In this document: one piece after another, positions 24,491 to 36,400 of the stretch
Position numbering within the stretch: position 1 is the first letter of the stretch
Layout of the letters: each line of letters opens with the position of its first letter
From: Podarcis erhardii
Taxonomy: Eukaryota
Direction: 5' to 3' (one strand)
Assembly (NCBI GenBank): GCA_964252035.1
Contig: OZ176208.1
Length of the DNA: 64,000 nt
Made by a program: the position numbers and the translations under genes
Notes under the pieces: model-generated
What the model was told of the DNA's origin: nothing
The model's input: the letters and a program-made list of their open reading frames with translations, nothing else
The model's database searches: none

Positions 24491-27400
24491 CTGTAAAAAA
24501 ACAAAACAAAAAAACAAACAAACTTTGTGTCAGAACAAGATCTTTAGGCTATTCTAAAAACAGTCCGTGCTTTTGTAAGGATTTAATAATGAACTAAAAA
24601 TGGAATAACTATACAGCAGTACGTGCTGAGCTTTCAAAATGTTCTTTGCTAGGTATATTTATGCACACTGAATTGATCCTCTGCTACGTTTTCATCCTTT
24701 GTGGTACAAAAGTTAAAAATAGATGGCTGCATTAGGGAAGTGACTAAGACCACCCATGTAAAAGATGCTGAATTACAAACTTTGGAAAACAGAAGTTTTG
24801 AGGATTTGGGAAGTCCATAAAACAGAAAAGGGGTATTATTGCTCACTTACCCCACAACCCAGTACATTATAGTTGGTGGAGGTTTCTTTTGGTCCGTCCA
24901 GTTGTCAGGAGAACATTCAAACAACACCCCATGTTCTTTCACTTGATGTAGGCCAGAATTTGCTTTTTTGCGGTCTGAACTTCTATTACCTGTAGTCTTT
25001 TTAGTCTGTAATGAAAAACAAGAAAGTAAATGGGCAATGAAATTTAAATTAGCATTATGAGCAAGGAATAGGAACCTTGCTTTCACTGTCTGTTATAAAA
25101 CATAGATCAAATATTTTCTGAAATGTTATGACTAAGGATGTTTTTACACCTTTTGATAAATAGCTGTCCACACTGGCTGAAGTCACACATCAAATTCAAC
25201 CATAGTTTGTTTTTAACTAAGGGTTAATGTGACCATACAGTGTACTTGGTGCACACTCCTGAAAAGTGCTAATGTTGCAATGTCAGGAAACAAACTAGTC
25301 TGGCTTTTTGTGCTGTCTGTACATGGGCTCATTGTTCGTTTCTCTCCAAACAAACCATAAGCAGTAAGACAAGAACAAACCTTGGTTACTGTTCATGGAT
25401 TGTTTGAAGAGAGCAACCACACTCAGGACTATTTTTCTATAAAAAGAGGTGCCAGAACCCACCATTACCACTTCACTGTTCTCTTATAATGGCAATTGCA
25501 CCTACTTGAGAAGTGCCGGAACTGAGTTCTGGCAAGTTCTGGCTGAAAAAAAGTCTTACCATGCTGGATTCAGACATTACAAAAATCCAGATTCTGGCTT
25601 GTTTCCTGGCAGTGCAGTACATTTCAGCAGCATGCATCAGCACAATGTGTCTTCACATTAAATCATAATTTGTTTTAAACTATGGTTTAATGTGATGTAT
25701 GAACCAAGAAATAGCTGTCTACTCAGCTACAGCTAGAATTGAAAAGAAAATTTCAGACTTGGGAGATATAACATTACTCTGATTTCTCTTCGAAGTTGAA
25801 TGTTTGCTTCCAAAGTGACCTTGCTGCAGACATAAAGAATAAAACTAGGCATGGGGCCACAGCTAAGGAGATATGTATACTGAAGAAAATGATCATTAAA
25901 TATACTTCTCAGCTGGATTTTCTTACTAAAGTTAGCAGTTGAAAGAATTCACTTAAATCACATTTTATCCACTTTGTTCGGCCCTCAGCTTATACCAAAA
26001 AAGGTTTTATCTGTGTTACATTAAAACATTATGTAAGCACATGTCTATTTTTGACATAATCACATGCATCAAATTTGAGATTAAAGATACATATAGTAAA
26101 ACAGGTTTAATTTTCATATATAGTACTGACCATTGTGCTAAAGCAGTCCTGATTAAAGAAAGTTGACAATGCAGCAGCCTGGTTCAGGTGTAACATCAGA
26201 CCACAATACAGTGGTGCCCCGCAAGACGAATGCCTCGCAAGACGAAAAACCCGCTAGACGAAAGGGTTTTCCGTTTTTCGATGCACTTCGCAAGACGAAT
26301 TTCCCTTTCGAATTTCCCCGAAAATGTCTTGCGAGTCTTGCGATTTTTTTCGCTTTCCCCCCCTTTTTCTAAGCCGCTAATAGCCTCTTAGCCGCTAAGC
26401 CTTTAATAGCCGCTAATCCGCTAATAGCGCTAATCCGCTAATAGGGTTGCTTCGCAAGACGAAAAAACTGCTAGACGAAGAGACTCGCGGAACAGATTAT
26501 TTTCGTCTTGCGAGGCACCACTGTAACTAAATCCTCTCTTGATTTCATGAATGGTAGAATCAATCTTTCCAGGGAGCTTAAATTCTGTGTCTCAACCTAA
26601 CACAAATACCATAGTTTTTTGATACAAGGACATGCCATGGCATGCTCCAGACTTAGTGCTCCCCTCTCTTCCTTCCATCCTCTCCTTGTACTTATGAACT
26701 GTAGAAAGGTGTGTGTAAGCCCAATACTTGCTACAGCTCATTACTGTAACAAGAAACCATGGTTTGTTGTTATATCTGAATAAGACAGAGTGAATTACTT
26801 GGAAGTACAGATTTTATAAACTCCACAAAGTCTGGCTCTGCCATTATTTAAATTGAGATCATATTTCATTAATAAACAGTTAATTTTGCCATAGTAATGC
26901 AGTTAAGAAGTTAAATTTATTTTAAAAAGTGAATTTATCCCCATTTTAAGAGAAAAGAGTTATGCTGCAATCCTATACTCACTTATCTGGGAGAAAGTCC
27001 CATTGAATTTAGTAGGGCTTACTTGTGAGTAGCTAGGTATTCCCTTGTTAGGAACAAAAGAGTTTCCCCATAATTAACGATAATAATGCATACTTCACTT
27101 GTCATAGTTTGTTGAAAAATGGAACGGATGGAAAGGCAACAGCGATGGAAATTCTTGATGAGCTGGGGATGCATAGTTCCACTCAGCTGTGTGACTTCAG
27201 AATGTGTTGGAGTGATAAAAATTCCATGCATTGTTTCTAGAGAAATATAGTGGAAGAGAGTGTTTTCAGGACCAGATGTCAACCTTCAAAAGCAAAAGAA
27301 AATAGTTAATCAATCATCACCTTTTTACAATTAAGAACACAAATCCTACTGTGCAAAGCAAACCCATCAGCTGCAACATAGTAAGAAATTTTCCTAGGGT

Positions 27401-30400
27401 GTGGCTTGTTTCTATACGAATTAATTGTGAACATAGATAGTGCTTTATTGAAATAGTCATGTATGTTCTGTCCTAAGAAGCTGGTGACTTCTCTTAAGAT
27501 TCCAAGCTATTCTGTTTAGCTGAAATTAAGTTAGATTTTTTTTTTTTTGGTAGGATTTGGCATTTCAACCAACTTGTAGCAGGGTCACAATTTTATTCCT
27601 TACAGTTTCAAGGAAATTAAGCAGGGAAACTCTGATTTTGCTGATAGTCTACCTGCTGACAGTAGAAACAACCAGCTTTTTGGTTGGATTGTCCGTGGAG
27701 GAAGAGTGGCTTAAGACAGCAGATGAAATCAGCTGTTTATTATACCTGTCATTATTAATAGTTACAGATAGGTAGCCGTGTTGGTCTGCCATAGTCAAAA
27801 CAAAACAAATTCCTTCCAGTAGCACCTTAAAGACCAACTAAGTCAGTTCTTGGTATGAGCTTTCGTGTGCATGCACACGTGTATCTGAAGAAGTGTGCAT
27901 GCACACGAAAGCTCATACCAAGAACTGACTTAGTTGGTCTTTAAGGTGCTACTGGAAGGAATTTGTTTTGTTTTGTCATTATTAATGTTGGACCGACCTT
28001 TGTATCCAGACCCTCAAAGTCCCTCTTACTTCTCAGCAAGGCCATTTCTTCTCAGCAAGGCTAGTCCATTATGGCCCATGCCCAAGCATGAGATGACAGC
28101 AAGATCCACTCTTCACAATTTCCCACACCACACTAAGCATAAAAAGTTGCCCCAGCAAAAGTACAGGGAACTGGGCCTAGCTCAAAAGGATTAGTCAAAC
28201 AGTTAAGTTATTTAAAGCAAGAGTTTATAAGAAATGTGCAACAACAGCAAGAAACCTGTACCAATAACAATTAACAAACATCAGGTGGTTTGGACTGGGT
28301 GTCCATCAATATGCAGATGATACCCAGCTCTACCTCTCTTTCAAATCAGAACCAGTGAAGGCGGTGAAGGTCCTGTGTGAGTGCCTGGAAGCGGTTGGAG
28401 GATGGATGGCGGCTAACAGATTGAGGTTGAATCCTGACAAGACAGAAGTACTGTTTTTGGGGGACAGGAGGCGGGCAGGTGTGGAGGATTCCCTGGTCCT
28501 GAATGGGGTAACTGTGCCCCTGAAGGACCAGGTGCGCAGCCTGGGAGTCATTTTGGACTCACAGCTGTCCATGGAGGCACAGGTCAAATCTGTATCCAGG
28601 GCAGCTGTTTACCAGCTCCATCTGGTACGTAGGCTGAGACCCTATCTGCCTGCAGACTGTCTCGCCAGAGTGGTACATGCTCTGGTTATCTCCCGCTTGG
28701 ACTACTGCAATGCGCTCTATGTGGGGCTACCTTTGAAGGTGACCCGGAAACTACAACTAATTCAGAATGCGGCAGCTAGACTGGTGACTGGGAGTGGCCG
28801 CCGAGACCATATAACACCGGTCTTGAAAGACCTACATTGGCTCCCAGTACGTTTCCGAGCACAATTCAAAGTGTTGGTGCTGACCTTTAAAGCCCTAAAT
28901 GGCCTCGGTCCAGTATATCTGAAGGAGCGTCTCCTCCCCCATCGTTCTGCCCGGACACTGAGGTCCAGCTCCGAGGGCCTTCTGGCGGTTCCCTCACTGC
29001 GAGAGGCCAAGTTACAGGGAACCAGGCAGAGGGCCTTCTCGGTAGTGGCGCCCGCCCTGTGGAATGCCCTCCCATCAGATGTCAAAGCTACCTGACATTC
29101 AGAAGACATCTGAAGGCAGCCCTGTTCAGGGAAGTTTTTAATTTGTGACATTTTAGTGTATTTTTCATCTTTGTTGGAAGCCGCCCAGAGTGGCTGGGGA
29201 AACCCAGCCAGATGGGCGGGGTACAAATAATAAATTATTATTATTATTATTATTATTTTGTATGGCCTTTTTTTTTTGGTCAGATTCAATCCTAAACGAA
29301 TGTAATGAAATACTGCAATAGTTTGCACACAAAAATATATGCACACTAGTGAAAAGCTTGTGTTTTCATACCAGATTCCCAAGGAAAGCCTAGCAAAGAG
29401 CTCTTCCTGCTGCCCCATATAGCTTAAGTGGGGAAGGTGAAGAAATCATGGGGAAGTTTCCTGTGTGGAGGTGCATGGTTAGTGGCAATTCATTCTAAGG
29501 AAAAGTGTGTACACTCGCATAGCACACTGGCTAGCCAATGGCTGTACACCTTAATGTAGTTAGTTATAAAGATGGGCTACGAGCCACACAAGGACATTCA
29601 CAGCTTCAAAAACTGACCACTTTCCAATAGGCAGTCTAATAACTGGCACACCAGCCTTATTTTTTTATTTGCATACATCCACACACAAAATATTAATGTA
29701 GTCAGAAGCTAAAGAACAAAAGTTAGTAACACCTTACTTCATAACATTATACAGTTCAGTTTCCTTATCTGTAAGGTTCTTTTTGAGGGTTCCTAAATTA
29801 AAAGGATTTGGAAGAATATTTTTCTTTTTGGCGATCTGAAAAACAAGCAGAATTAAAAGCTCACAGTAGGTGTGTGATTCAGATTTTAACATACAAGTAC
29901 GAGGGCTGTTATTAAAAATATTAAGCTAGTTCAGCAATTCACATGCTTTCTGATCCTATGCTGAGCTATCAAGTGACATGCTACATTATTTTTGAAAGAT
30001 TTATGGTTATTTTCAAAAATGTAATTGTTTTTCAAAACCAACTTGAACAAATCTTCTGTTACAAATTGTTTTGTGCTATTTATTGGAGAGATAAAACGTT
30101 GTAGCCAACAAAGTCATACTTTGAGTAAACCCAAAGAAATAATGGACAATACTAATGTGTGTTCACAGATTTCAAAGCATCTAAGTATAATTTAGTTGCA
30201 TACAACCCATAGCTTTCAGCACAGAGACGTATTATGCAGTTTTAATAAATTATGTGGATCAAACTAAACTAATTTGATGCCAATCAGAATTAAAATTTCA
30301 TGCTTGATTCTTGTTGTTTAGTTTGGAATTTAGAAGTACTGTACTACCTAATGTGTATTATTTTACACATACTTTTGGTTAAATGGTGTAAAAAAACCTT

Positions 30401-33400
30401 TGTAGGATAGGTGCTGGGGGGAAGCCATATGAAAGAAAAAGGAACTCAGCTGGGTATTTATTGAATACTGGCAAGAGAGAGGAACACTTTGGTAACTTCA
30501 TCTTGCAATGACGGCATGCAAAGCACCCTTGAAACAGGGTTATACAACTATGACAAAAACCTTCCCATTAGAATACATGGCACACCCATATACATAACTC
30601 ATTTTTGGCAACTCTCACTTCTCCAAGCTGTGCTTATGGATGGAAAATGATTTAGGAGTTAACCCAAAGGAAGTAAGACTGGGAAGCTACATCATGGACA
30701 TGAACCACACCCTCCCCTTACACTCAGGAAGTACTTCTTCAGCTTGCTTTCGCTGTTTGTGCCAAAACATTACTATGTGGGAAACATAATTTTAAGAAAT
30801 TTAGGGAAAGAAAAAGCATTACCGTAAACAGACTATTACTTCCATCAAGTCGTCCAGGACCTTTCAGTTGCACAGGATTTGTATTAAGGTTCCCACTTCC
30901 TGCTTCAGGGCTGTTGCTATCATTGTCAGGCATCCCACTATTTCTTAAGGGACTAGGCTTACGTGTCCTTAAGGAAGAATCACTAAATGGCACTTTTTTA
31001 CTTGCGGGAGTGCCTGCTGTGTACTGCAGTTTGTTGAGAAAAGACAAGCTGGTCAAGCTTTCCAGTTTGTCCCGCGATGCAGGGAGGAACCAATCTACAC
31101 AGGATAGCAGTGGAGTGGAGGGTGATTCCAAACTCTCATCTATGCTGAGATCTATTCCATCCAACTGAAGGATAGTTGCTTTGACCTGATCCACATATAT
31201 GCAATCTGGCCCCGGATTTCCAATGGCCTTGGAAGCACAACCTCCTGCTTCCAACAAGACACTCAACATAAAGTGCCTCTGAAAGAAAAAGGGAAGAATA
31301 TGTTTGGTAGTAGGATTCCATTTTTCAATGTCTGTGACATTCAAAAGAATACAGAAAAGCCAGAACAAGCAAGAGTCAAAATCTCAGAACTCAAATCAGA
31401 GAGCAAAGCAACTACCAGACATAAAAAAATAACGTGATTTACGATGACAGAGATGGTGGCAACCAAACTTTTCTAGTGGTATATTACTGCAATTGAGAAG
31501 GTCAATACCCCACTGTCAATACCCCACTCAGTGGAGTATGTGTGCATGTGTTGTAGGGTTACTTGCAGCAGGACCGCCTTTGTTGACCTGACACAAAATA
31601 TTTTTCAAATAACTTGAGCAAAAAGGAAATGTTCATAAATGACATATATGGAACCTTAGCACATGTTCATCACAGCATGCATTTTAACAGAAAAACAGCT
31701 GCAAATGTACCCCCCCCCACAAAACTTACCAGACCAACTATGAGTAAAAAGTATCTTGCTCTGGGTTCTTCATACCCTTCAGAAGATGCTTCACATGCCT
31801 GAAGATGATGTTGTGGAAACACTTCTCGCCATATTACCAACTGACCAATGCGCTGTTCTGCTGCCAAGGGCAAGAGGCAATAATGCCTGCTATATAATGC
31901 AATATCAATTAAATCCTCCTTTGGCAAGTGATTACTAATTAAATATCCCTGAATTAAAAACAAAGAGATAGCATAGATTCAAGATATCATATATAACCAG
32001 TTTCTTTATTCAAAGAGTTTTCTGCCTGCAAGGGTTTGGTTTTATTTGCGAAAGAAATCATAGCAACCAGGGAATGTTGCCACATTGCCTGTAACCAAGC
32101 AATGAATCCACTGGATTCCCAAGAAATCCAGCTTTCATTATATTTAAAGACAAAACCTCTAACCCCAAAGGCTGCAAAGGTGAACTTTGAAAAGATGAAG
32201 CTATTGCTTGATAAAAGCTCTGAGACTTGGAGGTATGAAGTTTTGCCTTTTCATATCAAATTATTCCCACTTCCATGGACTTAGGCTGCATTGCATATCA
32301 TACATTCAAAGCACATGATTTCCCCCAAAGAATCCCAGGGACTGTATGTTGGTAAGGGTTCAATGTCTTACCTTGTAGAAGAGACATGAGCCCAAAATTG
32401 TATACTGTCGTCTCATGTCATAGTAATCTTCTGACTGTAAAACAAAACAATTAAGACACCATTTCAGATTTCAGCTAAGCAATTTGAGCATTATACAACA
32501 CAGTACTTTAATTCCTCAGGATACTTTCTTTAAATGGCCAGCAGATGTCTTCCAGTAGTGATACATAGACACTGAAGAAGCTTGAAACTTCTTTTTAGAA
32601 GTTCTAATTTGTCACAAAATTACCAGTTATTTTGTCAAGCTGATTATAACTAACATAATCAATCAATTTATATTCATTTTCAAAAGCTATGTTTGTCAGA
32701 ACATTTTTTGCTTTCAAAGTTGCAGCTCTTGCCACTAGAGGGACTTCTTCCAGCACAAACAGCAAAACAGCATAGCCTTTGATATGTATAGTATTTCTTG
32801 AAAACTTGTGAAATCATGTTTAGAATAAAAGCCAGAAGGGGAGAAAGTGAGTGAAAGAGCTAGAATAATTGTTTTCTTTATGCCTCGGATGTACACATTT
32901 ACAGTTTACTAAATCTACTTTAATTAAAATGAGTATTAAACGCATATTACATTTACTTCAGAATAACGAAATCACTTTTTGCCACCTTCAAGTTCCCTGA
33001 AGCAAGTTTTAAAGTTTCCTAGAGAAACTGCAATACTTTATTATTAGAGAGAAATAATAAAATATGTCTAGAGCTCAAAAGACGTATCACAATGATTACA
33101 GCATGTACACACAGCTTCTGTCAGTATATGTAGAACAGGCACATACTATTTACTAGTAATACCGTATTTTTCGCTCTATAACACGCACCTGACCATAACA
33201 CGCACATAGTTTTTAGAGGAGGAAAACAAGAAAAAAATATTCTAAATGAAACAGTGGATATATGATTTTTGTGGTTCATGCTGTGGTCACAGACATGTGA
33301 TCTGACGGTGAGTTTGGGGTAGCCCAATGCAAAAATCCTGAGGATCCATGTGGATCCATGCTTTGTAACCACGTTTTTGCGCCATTGCGACCCCATGAAA

Positions 33401-36400
33401 CAGTGGGTGCGTGTGTGTTTTGGTGCAGGCTGTAGCCATGGATATGCTATGTGATCTGATGGTGAATTTGGGGTGACCTAGTGCAAAAATCCTGAGGATA
33501 CATGTGGATCCGTGCTTTGTAACCACGTTTTAAGTGGGGAGGGAAGGAAAAGAACTCAAGGGACAAGGAGCTCGCGTGGGGGGTGTGGAGAAGGATGCTG
33601 CTGATAATGCAGGAGAGGCTCCTCTCCAGCTTTGCTCCTTTAGAACAAGCAGGCTCTGCGTCTCTCCCTCCTCCCCGGCAAGGAAACCATGATAGTAACC
33701 ACTCTGAGACAAATCAAGAAAAATTGCGACCAACACTCTCCCCCAAGCGCAGTGAGGTCAAAACACACACACACGCAGAGAGGGAACTGGCCCTAAAGTC
33801 GCAGGGCGCTGGGGGAGTGAACGGGAAGCAAGAGAAGGAGAAGGAGCCCTCACACACACAGAGACACACAGAGTGTCAATTCTAAAGTCGGAGGGACAGC
33901 GCAGGGAGAGTGAAGGGAAGCAGGAGGAGGAGAAGGAGCCCTCTCTCTCACACACACAGACACACAGAGTGTCAATTCTAAAGTCGGAGGGACAGCGCAG
34001 GGAGAGTGAAGGGAAGCAGGAGGAGGAGAAGGAGCCCTCTCTCTCACACACACAGACACAGAGTGTCAATTCTAAAGTCGGAGGGAGAGTGCAGGGGCGC
34101 AGGGAGAGCGAAGGGGAAGCAGGAGGAGGAGAACGATAGCTCAAGCACACACACACACAGCCCCTACAGTGGCTAATCCAAAATCGGACAGCAAAAAACT
34201 GCAGGCAGGGACAGAGAGTACGGTTTTTTTTAAAAGCAGCCAACCCCGCTCTGCTTCTCTCCCTCCTCCCGGCTAGGCTGGCTGAAAAGCTTCGCTGCTA
34301 CTTAGCAGCTCTGTGGGGAGGAGAGAGGAACATAGAGGACGGGTTTTTTTTTAAAGCAGCCAAGCCCGCTCTGCTTCTCTCCCTCCTCCCGGCTCGGCTC
34401 GCTGACAGGAGCCGCTTACACCTGCTTTGCTGTTTCAAAGCAAGCCACGGACTGCTCACAACTGCAGCAGATTCCCCCGCCATCTGTAGGCATTCGCTCC
34501 ATAACACGCACAGACATTTCCCCTTACTTTCTAGGAGGAAAAATCTGCGTGTTATGGAGCGAAATTTACGGTATATTCTGCAGCAACAATTGTACAACAG
34601 ATAGTTGTAATAATCCTCAGTTTTTAAAATTAATTTTCTTTTTTCTGTACTGTTTATAATGGCTTACAGATAAGTAAACATAGATAGTTATATTTCACTG
34701 CATACCACTACAGAGCCTCCCTCCACCTTCCCTTAGTGGATTCAATATTGGCTAGCTGTCACCAAATCTCATTGGTGTCCAAAGGGAGAGACAAGCAAGC
34801 ACTGGCTCTGGCTGCCCTTGCATTTCACCCTCTCTCAAAGGCAATGACAGTGAGGAAAAGCAGAAGCCATTGCTTCCCTGCTTTTCTCTCTACCTTGAAG
34901 TCAGGTTGGGGCCCAGAGGAAAGGGAACAAATGGGAGGTGGCTGATCCTCCCCTTCTGAGTCAGAGGAAGAAAGCCACAAGAAGGAACAGCTAGTCCAGG
35001 GGTCAGCAAACTTTTTCAGCAGGGGCTGGTCCACTGTCCCTCAGACCTTGGGGGGGACGGGACTATATTTTGAAGGGGAAAAAATGAACGAATCCCTATG
35101 CCCCACAAATAACCCAGAGATGCATTTTAAATAAAAGCACACATTCAACTCATGTAAAAACACGCTGATTTCTGGACCATCCGCAGGCTGGATTTAGAAG
35201 GCGACTGGGCCGGATCTGGCCCCTGGGCCTTAGATTGCCTACCCATGAGCTAGGCCATGGGGCTGCAGATCTCAAGCAGAGTCTTCCTGCTGTGGCAGGG
35301 GTTTCAGTGGGCTTCCAGCAGTGCCCCCGACTGTGGCCCTGAAAGAGCTAACGAGTGTGTAAAAAAAAAAAGGTTCCTTACTAGTTCTGCAAAGTCTGCC
35401 GCCTCCAACTCACTCAGAGCTGTATCAATTTCTACCTGAAAAACATTAGCAAATGAAAACACTAAAGATTAAATTTATTCCAAATAATGATAAAACCTCC
35501 TTGGCATCTCTCAGTACTGAGACAATAGTACACAGTACACAGAGTCACCAACAGATGGATATGGCATTTCAGAACTAGAGCAAAATCAGGTTCCAAACTC
35601 TTGTAGATTGCTATAATCAGGGTCGAAAGAAAAGCACCCAGTGGTTGCATACTTCCCCCTTCAGAAATGAAAGAAAAATATTCTCTCTCTGTCTCCTAAA
35701 CCCACTGTTTAATATAATAGACATGCCAATCTCACTATTTTCATGGATTAAAACAAGGCCTGAATTTCCCTTGAAATCTGGCAAAGCTTTAGTATCCAGC
35801 TGAGTTATTAGAAAAAATGCTTTTCACTCAGGATTTAGTTTTTGTCTCTATGGAAATTTTCCAAAACATTCTCACACATTACCATTGTTTCACCCAAGAA
35901 GTGTTAAACTTGCACACTTCAGGATCTAGTGCGTTACAGTAAGTTTCGTTAAGAAAACCTTTTATTTATAGATCTTCATAATCATTCCATAAGGTACCAG
36001 CCAAAAATATGTTCCACAGTGAAAAGAGCTTAATTTGTAAGAAAGCACTTCCTGCAGAGTATGTGAACAAGATATCTTAGTGAGAAAAATTAGGTTTAAA
36101 CCAGTGCTGCCAGAATTGCCAGCTACACAGTTGGTGTTCAAATAGTTAGTTTCTCTGTTCTTCCTAATCTCCAACTGAAAACACTTCCTGTCCCATGTAG
36201 GCAATCAATTTTTCTCAGTTTGTGGGGGTTTTTTGTTTTGAAACTGCTGCTAGCCTTCCACTTAATAATGGGATAAGTAACTTTTACGGCAAAATTACTC
36301 TTTTAACTGAATCTATCAAAAATATAAAACTTCGCACTATAATTGTATCACTCCAAAAACTAGAGAAGGGGTATGCTTTTAACAGACAATATTATGGGAA

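Noticed and set aside
28330-29418. Minus-strand ORFs of 85 and 218 aa
   Set aside because: They are antisense shadows of the L2 reverse-transcriptase frame.
32572-32588. ctgaagaagcttgaaac, a hammerhead-core-like string
   Set aside because: There is no adequate stem II or stem I pairing and no Penelope context.
33583-34243. Repetitive ORFs and a possible CRISPR-like array
   Set aside because: The units are 94-96-bp tandem repeats without unique spacers, inside a eukaryotic DNA transposon.
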